From Candidatus Latescibacterota bacterium (lineage in GTDB: Bacteria > Latescibacterota > UBA2968 > GCA-2709665), in assembly GCA_965203805.1 (NCBI GenBank), contig OZ241917.1, forward strand, positions 5,152,001-5,216,000: a DNA stretch of 64,000 bases, given 5' to 3'. Made by a program: the position numbers and the translations under genes. Below, in pieces: positions 10,525 to 19,682 of this stretch. The first letter of the stretch is position 1. Each line of letters starts with the position of its first letter. A model generated the notes under the pieces. The model made no database searches and was not told the DNA's origin. It saw only the letters and a program-made list of their open reading frames with translations.

Positions 10525-11645
10525 TACGATTCGATCCTTTCGGCGTTTGCGCGGGGTATCACGGCGCGTTGTCCGTTTTCGAACTGAACTTCCAGCACGC
10601 GTACCCTGATTTCCGATTCCACGGGCGCCAGTTCGGAAGGCAGCGAAGTGACGACGCCGGTCTTTCCGAAGTAGGGCGCGCGTATCGTACGGATCGGATC
10701 TCCAACGGAGAGGCCTTCGCGCGCCACGGATGCCTCGGCGACGGTTGAGCGGCCCGTGTCCGGTACGATGATTTCTGGACGAAGCACGCCCGCCCGGATC
10801 TGGGTTGCCCCCGACATCGAGGCTTCGTCTCCGTTTCTTTCGTTCAGAATGTCGAATGTCTTTCGTGCCATGGCGATGTCGCCGAATCCTTCCGTGACCA
10901 CAACGGTAAGGTCGATTTCCTCGGCGCCGGTAATGGCCACGCCGAGGTCATAACCCAGCAGGCTCCGCAGGTCGTGGTCGCGGATACCCCCCCCAATGAG
11001 ACCGGCCGCGCCGATTTCCCGCGCCTTCCGGATCAGATCCAGGGTGATCATCCCGCCGGCGATGAGAATCTTTCCGGTACACGAGGCGTCGATCCGGTCT
11101 TCCGGAAGCCGCTCGCCGGGGCTTGTGACAAGCATATGGATCGCACCCCAGCTCTCGCCGCCGATTCCGAAAATGCCCTGTAGAAAAGCGCCGACGGTTT
11201 CAACCACGACCCCTTCGCCCGGTATGGACTCCACAACGGCGCCGTCCACGTAGGCTTTCACCTGCACGGGACGGGGCGGACCGCGCAGAATGACCTGGCC
11301 GGTAACCGGAGAAACGCTTTCCACCGTTCCGGTGACCGGCGACTCAACCGTGGTCTTGAACCACCTGATGAACGGCCGGGTTTCGGCGAGAGGTTCCCCG
11401 GACTCGACCGGCTCCCCCTCGCTCTTGAGCATTAAGGTCGGCAGTTCGTCGGGGGTGACGCCCAGCCTGTTGACCAGGTTCAGGGTGGTCACGTCGCCGG
11501 GCAGTTCGGTCCGGGCGACCACCCGGTCGCGCTGCACGGATTCTCCCTCTGATACCAGCACCTCACCGGTGAGTGGGAGTTGCCGTCTCTTTCGTATGGT
11601 TGCCCTGCGGGTGACCCGCAGTCCGGGGGTGTACGTATGCGCCAT
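10524..11645 (-). CDS. Conserved hypothetical protein with barrel-sandwich-hybrid-like repeats and C-terminal KOW-like motif
   Basis: MAHTYTPGLRV start; VSEGESV, SEGEPVESGEPLA and SPVTGTVESV repeats; SGATQIRAGVLRPEII; VGDPIRTIRAPYFGKTGVV. Confidence 0.7.
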   Translation of the reverse strand: MAHTYTPGLRVTRRATIRKRRQLPLTGEVLVSEGESVQRDRVVARTELPGDVTTLNLVNRLGVTPDELPTLMLKSEGEPVESGEPLAETRPFIRWFKTTVESPVTGTVESVSPVTGQVILRGPPRPVQVKAYVDGAVVESIPGEGVVVETVGAFLQGIFGIGGESWGAIHMLVTSPGERLPEDRIDASCTGKILIAGGMITLDLIRKAREIGAAGLIGGGIRDHDLRSLLGYDLGVAITGAEEIDLTVVVTEGFGDIAMARKTFDILNERNGDEASMSGATQIRAGVLRPEIIVPDTGRSTVAEASVAREGLSVGDPIRTIRAPYFGKTGVVTSLPSELAPVESEIRVRVLEVQFENGQRAVIPRANAERIES

Positions 11646-11709
11646 GGGTCAGGGTTCCGCAACCGTCTTGTCGTGCCCCTGCGGAGACAATGGTCGGGCG
11701 GTGCCGTCC

Positions 11710-12780
11710 TCAGACTTTCATCTTCGGATCCAGTGCGTCTCGCAGGCCGTCGCCCAGCAGATTGTACAGGGTGACGGTGATAAAGATCGCGAACCCGGGT
11801 ACGATCACCAGCCACCACGCCGAAATATTGTTCCGGGCGCCCGCGAGTATCGCGCCCCAGGTGATGGCCTCGGCGGGTACCCCAATGCCCAGAAAGCTGA
11901 GGCCGGATTCGGCCAGGATGGCGCCCGCCACGCCGAACGCCGCCGGAATGAGTACGGGCGCGATTGCGTTTGGCAGAATGTGGATGAACATGATCCGGCC
12001 GCTGGAGTATCCCAGGCTCTTGGCCGCGGAAACAAAGTCGTAACTCCTCACCTGCAGAAACTGCGACCGGGTGAGACGCGCGATCCCGACCCAGCCCGTA
12101 AAGCCGAGAATGATCATCACGAAGAAGAGGCTGGGCGGGAAAAACGCGGCGACCGTGATAATCAGAAAGAGGGCGGGGATGGCGGCCCAGAGCTCGAAAA
12201 CACGGGAGAGAATCAGATCGGTCCAGCCCCCGAAATAACCGGCCAGCGCGCCGAGGGCGACGCCGATGATCATTGAGATCGCCACGGAGACCAGTCCGAT
12301 GGTGAGCGCGTAACGGGTTCCGTGGATCAGCCCCGAAAGTACGTCCCGGCCCAGCCGATCCGTACCCAGAAAATGCGCCGCGCCGGGGGGCATGTATTTG
12401 TCGCCGAGATGAACGTCGCTGGGACCGTAGGGAACGGGCGGGAATATCGCCGATTCGGACCTCAGGCGTTTGAAGTTCTTCCTTCTTCTTAGCGGCGCCG
12501 GCCAGTCGGCCAGCCCGAGATAGACGGCGTACTGGCGAAAGGCGGGGAAATAGGTCTTGCCCCTGTACTTCATATAGTACGGTTTGTTGCCCGCAAGAAA
12601 ATCCGCGAAGACCGCCGTGAACGCGAGGACGCCGATCGCCGCCAGGCTGACGAGCGCCGGACGGTTTTTCCTGAACTGCCGCCAGACCAGCTTCGAATAG
12701 GTCTGGCTCTCCTGATCAGTCCCGGAGTCAGTCGATGCAGCGTCCGTTTCGGCGATTTCGCTGGATTCAGCGGTTAGCAT
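11710..12780 (-). CDS. Peptide ABC transporter permease (OppC/DppC-like)
   Basis: HFLGTDRLGRDV, FVSAAKSLG (EAA loop), HILPN, LGDGLRDALDPK; start re-called at ATG 12780. Confidence 0.92.
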   Translation of the reverse strand: MLTAESSEIAETDAASTDSGTDQESQTYSKLVWRQFRKNRPALVSLAAIGVLAFTAVFADFLAGNKPYYMKYRGKTYFPAFRQYAVYLGLADWPAPLRRRKNFKRLRSESAIFPPVPYGPSDVHLGDKYMPPGAAHFLGTDRLGRDVLSGLIHGTRYALTIGLVSVAISMIIGVALGALAGYFGGWTDLILSRVFELWAAIPALFLIITVAAFFPPSLFFVMIILGFTGWVGIARLTRSQFLQVRSYDFVSAAKSLGYSSGRIMFIHILPNAIAPVLIPAAFGVAGAILAESGLSFLGIGVPAEAITWGAILAGARNNISAWWLVIVPGFAIFITVTLYNLLGDGLRDALDPKMKV

Positions 12781-12784
12781 GGGT

Positions 12785-14086
12785 CTATCCCTGCAGACGG
12801 GAAAACTCGATTCGCGGATCCACAACTTTCAGGAGGATATCGGCAAGCAGAATGCCAAGCAGCGAAAGGAACGAACCGATGGTCAGAATGGCCATGACCA
12901 TGGGATAGTCGCGCACGAGCACGGATTGCACGCCCAGATATCCGAGGCCCGGAATGGTGAATATGGTCTCGATAAAGACCGAACCTGCGATGATGGCCGG
13001 AAGCAGATTCGCCAGGATCGTTACGATGGGGATCAGAGAGTTGCGGAAGACGTGCCTCAGAACCACGACTTTCTCAGGCAGCCCCTTCGCTCTGGCGGTA
13101 CGTACGTAGTCCAGCCTGAGGTTCTCCAGCATGCTGGTGCGCATGAAACGGGAAAGGCCGGCGAAGCTTGCGTAGCTGGAGGCCAGGACCGGCATGGCCA
13201 GGTGGTGTGCGTGGTCGGTGAGCAGGCGCCAGAAGCCCCAGTCGGATGAGGCGTCGAGAGACTGGATGCCCGAGGCGGGAAACCAGTACAGAAAATCCTT
13301 GTTGCAGAGAAAGACGATCAGCAGCATGCCAACCCAGAATGAAGGCATCGACCACAGGATGAAGGTTCCGGTGGTGAGCGTGCGGTCGGTCCGGGTGTCC
13401 TGTTTCACGGCCAGCCAGATACCGAGTGGAAGTCCGATGGCATAGGCGATGATCAGGCTGATGACGTTGATTTCAATCGTGATGGGCACGCGCGCCAGGA
13501 TATGGGAGATGACCGGCTGCTGGTCTTTGAAGGAACGTCCGAAATTGAGTGTGACAAAGCGCCGGTCGAAGCAATGGAAGAGCAGCAGGCCGGCGCCGGT
13601 ATACTCGTAGTTGTTGTCGAGCTTGACGGTCTTGCTCTCCCAGAAAGAGGAAAGGACGAGCGCCTTCGCCTCGTCCGGGTGACGTTCCTCGAAACTGCGA
13701 AGGAACCGGGCTTTACGCGCCTCGTATTCCAGTGAGGCCAACTCGCTTCTTTCCGAGGTGTCCAGTTTCGAGAGATAGATGTCGACGCGGCGGCCCATGC
13801 GTTCGAAGTTGCTGAGCGGCTCCACGTGAAGAACCAGGCTTGACAGCCAGTTCAGGTACTGAACGTGCAGCGGCCTGTCCAGGCCGAGCTGTCGGCGAAG
13901 GTCCTCGCGCGTTTTTTCGAAATCGGACTGCCGATCCGTGGAAATGCCCTCCTCCCCCGCCATGCCGCCGAGAAAGAAGTCGACCGGGTCGCCGGGGGCG
14001 AGATGCATCACCAGGAAGGAAATCAGGGTGATGCCGATCATCGTCGGGATCATCAGCAGGCTGCGCTGCAGGATGTACTGGATCAT
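12785..14086 (-). CDS. Peptide ABC transporter permease (OppB/DppB-like) with enlarged periplasmic loop
   Basis: APGDP, GLDRPLHVQY, YVRTARAKGL, HVFRNSLIP, DPRI. Confidence 0.92.
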   Translation of the reverse strand: MIQYILQRSLLMIPTMIGITLISFLVMHLAPGDPVDFFLGGMAGEEGISTDRQSDFEKTREDLRRQLGLDRPLHVQYLNWLSSLVLHVEPLSNFERMGRRVDIYLSKLDTSERSELASLEYEARKARFLRSFEERHPDEAKALVLSSFWESKTVKLDNNYEYTGAGLLLFHCFDRRFVTLNFGRSFKDQQPVISHILARVPITIEINVISLIIAYAIGLPLGIWLAVKQDTRTDRTLTTGTFILWSMPSFWVGMLLIVFLCNKDFLYWFPASGIQSLDASSDWGFWRLLTDHAHHLAMPVLASSYASFAGLSRFMRTSMLENLRLDYVRTARAKGLPEKVVVLRHVFRNSLIPIVTILANLLPAIIAGSVFIETIFTIPGLGYLGVQSVLVRDYPMVMAILTIGSFLSLLGILLADILLKVVDPRIEFSRLQG

Positions 14087-14165
14087 CTGACTTCAGGCCT
14101 CTCCGTGCCGTCGTCTGTTCATTCGTGATTGCAACAGGATCCGGTCGTCTCCCCTGCCCCAGTCC

Positions 14166-14331
14166 TATCAGCCCGTTGATAAAGTCCATCCGGTCTGCGT
14201 CCGGCCTTTGTGGCCGAATTACTGCGTTGCGCTCCCTCCCCGAATCCAGGGATTCGCGTCGGTCGCGCGCCTTGTCTTCGGCCACAATGACTCGGCCTCG
14301 CCTGCAGAGCGACTTTTTCAACGGACTGTTA
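14166..14331. mobile_element. MITE-like non-autonomous element between oppA and oppB
   Basis: Terminal inverted repeats TATCAGCCCGTTGATAAAGTC (14166-14186) and GACTTTTTCAACGGACTGTTA (14311-14331), 18/21 match; internal stem TTGTGGCCGAA...TTCGGCCACAA; no ORF. Confidence 0.6.
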
Positions 14332-16173
14332 TTGGTACAACCGGTTCGAGGCGCCTACCCACCATTCCTGGGTATTCGCGCCGAAGGCATACCAGTTGTC
14401 ACCCGCGAAACGCCTGCTGTAAGATGTGGCGGTGCGGGACTTCCACAGAAACGTATACGGTTGCTCGTCGTGCAGGATTTCCTGGAAACGCCGGTAAAGC
14501 TGAATTCGCTTGTCCATATCGAACTCCCTCCGGTAGGATTCCAGGATGCGGTCGACCTCCTCGTTCTTGAAGCCGATGTAATTCGACCCCTGCCCCTCGG
14601 ACTGCGAGGAGTGCCAGATCTGATAGGAATCCGGCGGCGTACGCAGGCTGCCGGTCCATCCCAGCGTGCAGGCGGCGAAGTCCTTCTTGCGAACCACCCG
14701 GTCCAGAAAGATGGTCCAGTCCAGTTCGCGCACCTCGCAGACGATTCCGATGTCCTGAAGTTCATACTGCAGCGTCAGGGCGATGTCTTTGCGGAGCTGG
14801 TTGCCGGAGTTGACCAGGAACTCGAACTTGAAGGGGCGTTTCCTGCCGTCGATGACCTTGTCCAGGATGCCGTCGTTGTCGCTGTCGGCCCAGCCGGCCT
14901 CCTCCAGAAGGTCAAGCGCTCTGTCGGGATCGTAGGCATGGGGCTCCAGGCTGTGATTGTATTCGGGCCGGAATTTGTGGATGGGGCTCTCAACGGCTTC
15001 CGCCAGACCGAACATGAGGTTCACCACCATGCTCTCACGGTCGGTGAGATACGTCATCGCTCTGCGCACGCGCTTGTCGCGAAAGATGGGGTGCGCATTG
15101 TTCCAGCCGATGTACACGTACCCCGAAGAATAGATTACGCTCTTCTTGAATCGCTTGATAAAATCCGGAGACCAGCTCTTGTCCTTGAACTGAAGAGGCC
15201 TGAGCCCGAAATAGTCGATATTGCCGTTCGTGAGCTCGATAAACGCGGCCTCCTCATCGTTCACGATCTTGAAGACGATCTTTTCCACGTAGCCCTTGGG
15301 CATCAGATCGGTCCGGTCCCCTCCCCAGTAGTTGGGATTGCGTGTCAGTATCACCCTCTGCCCGGTGACCACGTCTTCGTCCCAGTCTGCCACGAGGTAC
15401 GGCCCGGAACCGAGCATCTTCCGGTGGAATCCGGTGTTGAATCTCTCGGCGAACTGCTGTACACGCTCCGCGTGGGGGCCGCTTTCCCAGGAACCGTCGA
15501 TGAGACTTCCGATGTCGACGGGATCCATCAGGCCGTCGGGGTCGTAGAAGTGCTTGGGAAGAATCTCCATGCTGCCCAGGGAGATATTGTTTCTGAAATA
15601 GGGTTCCCGGCAGACGAAACTGATTCGGTATTTGCCCTCCTGTTCGACGTCGCTGATGGCCGCGAAATAGTTCCGGCGAGAAGCTGCCAGAACTTTCGGG
15701 TTCTTGATGACCTTGATGCTGAAGAGGACGTCGTCCGCCGAGAGCGGCTTGCCGTCTGCGAAGTGGACGTCCTCGCGAAGGTCGAACGTGTAGATGAGCT
15801 TGTCTTCCGATACCGCCGGGGGCCCTTTCGCGACCAATCCTCTGAGATTGTAAGGCGATTCGTTCTCGATGTCCAGCAGCGACTCGAAGATGTACTGGTG
15901 TACCGTGGAAGCGCCTCTGTCGTTGGAAATGTACGGATTGAAATTCTCCGGATCCGAAAGAAAGTGCTGAACCATCCAGTCGCCGAATTGCGGCTCGTCG
16001 TCGCCGGAGTACATGGCGGGCGCTCTTTCCGTGCCATCCAGTACGATTGCCGGAGCTTCCTTCGTATCCAATAGCGTTCTTTGAACCTTCTGCCAGGAGG
16101 TTTCGTCCTTGCCTGCAGCCGCAGAGACGAAAAACAACCCGAGGATCGCCAGTGCGCACACTTTTGCCATCAT
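14329..16173 (-). CDS. Peptide ABC transporter substrate-binding protein (OppA/AppA-like, SBP family 5)
   Basis: Signal peptide; DPENFNP, FDLREDVHFADGKPLSADDV, GSGPY, FRDKRVRRAM, YDPDRALDLLEEAGW. Confidence 0.92.
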   Translation of the reverse strand: MMAKVCALAILGLFFVSAAAGKDETSWQKVQRTLLDTKEAPAIVLDGTERAPAMYSGDDEPQFGDWMVQHFLSDPENFNPYISNDRGASTVHQYIFESLLDIENESPYNLRGLVAKGPPAVSEDKLIYTFDLREDVHFADGKPLSADDVLFSIKVIKNPKVLAASRRNYFAAISDVEQEGKYRISFVCREPYFRNNISLGSMEILPKHFYDPDGLMDPVDIGSLIDGSWESGPHAERVQQFAERFNTGFHRKMLGSGPYLVADWDEDVVTGQRVILTRNPNYWGGDRTDLMPKGYVEKIVFKIVNDEEAAFIELTNGNIDYFGLRPLQFKDKSWSPDFIKRFKKSVIYSSGYVYIGWNNAHPIFRDKRVRRAMTYLTDRESMVVNLMFGLAEAVESPIHKFRPEYNHSLEPHAYDPDRALDLLEEAGWADSDNDGILDKVIDGRKRPFKFEFLVNSGNQLRKDIALTLQYELQDIGIVCEVRELDWTIFLDRVVRKKDFAACTLGWTGSLRTPPDSYQIWHSSQSEGQGSNYIGFKNEEVDRILESYRREFDMDKRIQLYRRFQEILHDEQPYTFLWKSRTATSYSRRFAGDNWYAFGANTQEWWVGASNRLYQ

Positions 16174-17975
16174 TTGCCTCCTTGTGACGCCTGTTGACGT
16201 GGATAAAGGTCCAATGCCCGGTTCCAGGCGGCAACCCGGCCGGCCGGATCCGCGTCCGGAAACGGAAGCGGTCGGCCGCGGCCGTCCATTATCAGGCCGG
16301 CCACGCCGCCCTGGACGGTCCGGCGAATCGTCTGACCGGGCCCGGCGCCCGCGTCCCAGCCCGACTCGGGATGCAGGCTGACATCGGCCTCCTGACCGGG
16401 GCCCAAGTCGAACATGTGGATGTTTCCGACTTTCAGATCGCCTGAACCGGACCCGTCGGCCCTGGCGATTTCGTAAGTGGCGCAGACTTCACCTGGTTTG
16501 CCATCGCCGGACGGCGCAACGCACGTTCCCAGATCCACAAGACAGTCCCGTTCGAATACCTCGGCGGCGGCCTGTTCATTGACGCTTGTGAGCACACCCA
16601 GATGGGGCATCATGAAGATGCTGTCGACCGCCAGCCGGGTAAATCCCTGAGGCTGGAAGGCGTCGATCAGCATGGCCGCCGACTGCGCCCGCCGGGGCGC
16701 GTGTGAAAGAACGCCGCCGCTTCCCACCAGGAGGTTCAGGTCCGGCATGTGAATCAGGCTTTCGCCCCCGCCGGTCTGGTCGAATGCATCGGAGAGGGTG
16801 CGTTCCGTCTGCACGCCCTTGAGGCCCACGGCCAGGGCGCGGTGCTGGTCGAACGCCAGGCGCAGTGCCTCGCGGGCGATGGCCTGCTCGAGTTGCAGTT
16901 CCTCCAGGGTCTGGGGTACGGTCGTCGGACGGATCATCTTGTTCTTGACGCGGTCCCTGAGGTCGGCCTCATCGATTTCAAAAGGCACCCAGCGCATCAC
17001 GTTTGCCAGACCGGCCTCGGCCAGCACGTTGGAGATGCTGTATGACATGCCCAGGTTGGCGCTTACGGTCCGGTTAAACGTCCCATCGAATACACTGAAG
17101 ACATCGGTGGTCGCGCCGCCGATGTCAACGCCGACGACGTTGATGTTCCGGCGGCGGGCGACCGTCTCGATAAGCAGGCCGACCGCTCCGGGTGTGGGCA
17201 TGATGGGCGCACCGGCCCATTCCATCAGCTTCCTGTACCCGGGCGCCTGCGCCATCACGTGTTCCAGGAAGAGGTCGTGGATCACCTGCCGCGCCGGACC
17301 GAGGTTTTCGCGTTCCAGCAGGGGGCGGATGTTGTCCGTGAGTGTCAGCGCGGTTTTTTCGCCCAGAACCTCGCGAACGTTCTCTCTCGCTTCCCTGTTT
17401 CCGGCATAGATCACGGGAAGCCGGAAACCGGCGCCGAACCGGGGCCTTGGGTCTGCCGCGGCGATGAACTCGGCGAGTTCCACAACGTGGCTCACGGTGC
17501 CGCCGTCCGTTCCCCCCGAGAGAAGCACCATGTCCGGTCGCAGATGGCGGATGCGTTCGATCTTCTGGTGTGGCAGGCGGCCGTCGTTGGACGCGAGGAC
17601 GTCCATCACGATGGCGCCCGCGCCGAGGGCCGCCCGCTGGGCGCTTTCTCCGGTCATCGCCTGGACAACCCCGCCCACCATCATCTGGAGGCCGCCTCCT
17701 GCGCTGCTCGTGGACACATAGATGTCGACGCCGCGGCGGCCATTTGCGGGCGTGAGAATGCGTTCGCCTTCCAGGATGGCGCGCCCGGAGAGTTCTTCAA
17801 CCTCCTGGATGGCGTTGAGGACGCCTCTGGTGACGTCTTCGAACGGAGCCTCGACCGTTGTGGGCGCCTCACCGCGGCAGGTCTGCCGGTAGCATTCTCC
17901 CTCTTTTTCTATAAGGATGGCCTTGGTGGTCGTGCTGCCGCAGTCCGTGGCGATGATGACGTCCGGCTTATCCAT
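16170..17975 (-). CDS. Glutamate mutase L (GlmL/MutL)-like ASKHA-superfamily ATPase
   Basis: DCGSTTTKA (phosphate 1), SSAGGGL, LLSGGTDGG, VDIGGATTDVFS (phosphate 2), GSGGVLSHAP. Confidence 0.85.
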   Translation of the reverse strand: MDKPDVIIATDCGSTTTKAILIEKEGECYRQTCRGEAPTTVEAPFEDVTRGVLNAIQEVEELSGRAILEGERILTPANGRRGVDIYVSTSSAGGGLQMMVGGVVQAMTGESAQRAALGAGAIVMDVLASNDGRLPHQKIERIRHLRPDMVLLSGGTDGGTVSHVVELAEFIAAADPRPRFGAGFRLPVIYAGNREARENVREVLGEKTALTLTDNIRPLLERENLGPARQVIHDLFLEHVMAQAPGYRKLMEWAGAPIMPTPGAVGLLIETVARRRNINVVGVDIGGATTDVFSVFDGTFNRTVSANLGMSYSISNVLAEAGLANVMRWVPFEIDEADLRDRVKNKMIRPTTVPQTLEELQLEQAIAREALRLAFDQHRALAVGLKGVQTERTLSDAFDQTGGGESLIHMPDLNLLVGSGGVLSHAPRRAQSAAMLIDAFQPQGFTRLAVDSIFMMPHLGVLTSVNEQAAAEVFERDCLVDLGTCVAPSGDGKPGEVCATYEIARADGSGSGDLKVGNIHMFDLGPGQEADVSLHPESGWDAGAGPGQTIRRTVQGGVAGLIMDGRGRPLPFPDADPAGRVAAWNRALDLYPRQQASQGGK

Positions 17976-18315
17976 TCAGTCGGTTTTCCGCCTCCACAAG
18001 AGAATCGATCAGTGTCTGCACACTCCGGCGCTTCTCCAGAAAACGCACGAATCGACTGTATTCCTCGCCTGAGAAGATAAGGTTGACAAAGGGCGAAAGA
18101 AAAGTCAAAAACTGACTGCCTATAAAGTTGAACGGCCGTCCGGCCTCGAGTACCATCAGGGCGGGAGTGGTCATTTGCCGGCGAACCACGAACGCCGCCA
18201 TTTTCGCCGCGAGTGCCCGCTCTTCCTCCGTGATGCGGTCATCCGGCGGGTCGACGGCGAAAGCGTGTTCGAACCAGACCCTAAGGCGCTGAATTCGCGA
18301 GGCGGGCTTCGACAT
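17968..18315 (-). CDS. Small conserved hypothetical protein of the GlmL-associated module
   Basis: Start MSKPASR at 18315; VVRRQMTTPALMVLEAGRPFNFIGSQFL motif; stop overlaps the GlmL-like start. Confidence 0.6.
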   Translation of the reverse strand: MSKPASRIQRLRVWFEHAFAVDPPDDRITEEERALAAKMAAFVVRRQMTTPALMVLEAGRPFNFIGSQFLTFLSPFVNLIFSGEEYSRFVRFLEKRRSVQTLIDSLVEAENRLNG

Positions 18316-18721
18316 ACGCGATGACCTCGTCACGATTGTCGCGAAACCGCAGGAAACAGCCCCGAAACGGATCGAGCCGGTGCGGGCGGGCGAAAGGGCT
18401 GAGGAAGACGCCGTCCGGCAGAACCGCACGCCGGCGTATCCGGTCCCAGGGGGTTGTCCGCCGCGCGCCCAGGTGGGCGATCAGGACGTGCTCCTGGAGG
18501 AGTGCGTATCGTGTGGGAGCAAAGTAGCGGGACATCGAGGCCGCAAGCAGTACGGCCGCCAGGAAACCGAACGCGGTCGTCTCGAAGGCGAGGGCCACCA
18601 GCACCGGCGCCACGAGGATGATCAGGACGAGCAGGGCCGTCTTCACGGGCGGCTCATGCCGGAGGGGATGGACGGTCCAGTGGAGTTCGGGGGCGGTTGG
18701 AGGGGTTCCCGGTCTGTCCAT
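18281..18721 (-). CDS. Small membrane protein (2 TM helices plus PH-like soluble domain)
   Basis: LHWTVHP, two TM helices, YFAPTRY, DGVFLSPF..RLDPFRG; start re-called at ATG 18721. Confidence 0.6.
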   Translation of the reverse strand: MDRPGTPPTAPELHWTVHPLRHEPPVKTALLVLIILVAPVLVALAFETTAFGFLAAVLLAASMSRYFAPTRYALLQEHVLIAHLGARRTTPWDRIRRRAVLPDGVFLSPFARPHRLDPFRGCFLRFRDNRDEVIAYVEARLANSAP

Positions 18722-18803
18722 GCGTGCAGGAAATCGAGGGTATTGAGACGGAGAGCCGGCCTGGGAGAGACGCCGGCGTGGGATCGTCCGCCGAAACAGT
18801 GTC

Positions 18804-19679
18804 TCAGATAATACGCCGGACGATCCGGGATTCCTGTGTCGCGTCGCCCAGGTTCCAGGCATCCGTACCGTACTTTGTTTCGACAAGGTGCTCCGCGTCG
18901 ATCTTTTCCTCCGCGGTCAAGCATGATTCAGTCAGTGCGATGCCCAGGGTCATCTCAAAGCCTTCACGCAGGGCGCAAGCGACCGCGTTGAATCCTGCGG
19001 GTCGATCGGCTTCCGCAAGTGAGATGGTGTGTCGGTCCAATTCCCGGCGGAAGCGTTCTTTCAGGGGCTGACCGCGGTCCGGCATCAGATCGATGAGTCG
19101 CTTGTGTTCCGGGCCCAGCAGCAGCGAGCCGTGCTGAAGGAGCACGTCGCCGAGGCGTCGCTGGGCGCTGCCGATGATCTTTCTGCCGTCGAGGGTCACC
19201 TCGTACTGCGTGGTACTCGAAAAACAGGGAGACGTCAGGCCCTCACCCCGCGGCGACGCGGCGGGAGCGCGGCGGGGCTCGAACTCGGCTGCGACGCCGA
19301 GGAGTTTCAGCCCCGCAACCAGACAGGCGCTGATCTTCCGGTACGACTCCTGAATGGATCCGCCCAACAGCGGATCGTCGGCCCGGCACAGTACGCTGTA
19401 GGTGAGTTCATTCCAGTGGAGTACGGCGCGTCCGCCGCTCGGTCGGCGCACCAGATGGATTCCGCGATTTCGGCATCGATCCGCATCGACTTCGCGACCG
19501 ATCCGCTGGGCATAGCCGAACGATACGGCCGGCGGCGTCCAGCCGAAAGTCCGGACCGTGGGCGGCGAGCCACCGACCGCAATGCCTCGCACAATGGTTT
19601 CGTCTACGGCCATATTGAAAAAGGCGTTTCCCGATCCGGTGTTCAGGAAACGCCACGGACGTAATCCGGTGTCCGGCAT
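18804..19679 (-). CDS. Lipoate-protein ligase family (LipM/LplA-like octanoyltransferase)
   Basis: NMAVDE, RRPSGGRAVLH, ELTYS, PCF, KIIGSAQRR, LQHGSL. Confidence 0.88.
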   Translation of the reverse strand: MPDTGLRPWRFLNTGSGNAFFNMAVDETIVRGIAVGGSPPTVRTFGWTPPAVSFGYAQRIGREVDADRCRNRGIHLVRRPSGGRAVLHWNELTYSVLCRADDPLLGGSIQESYRKISACLVAGLKLLGVAAEFEPRRAPAASPRGEGLTSPCFSSTTQYEVTLDGRKIIGSAQRRLGDVLLQHGSLLLGPEHKRLIDLMPDRGQPLKERFRRELDRHTISLAEADRPAGFNAVACALREGFEMTLGIALTESCLTAEEKIDAEHLVETKYGTDAWNLGDATQESRIVRRII

Positions 19680-19682
19680 GTC

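Noticed and set aside
16170-17975. Calling this locus a glutamate mutase (B12) pathway, or DNA-repair MutL
   Set aside because: No mutase S/E subunits or B12-binding DxHxxG protein nearby; motifs are ASKHA-type, not the GHKL type of repair MutL
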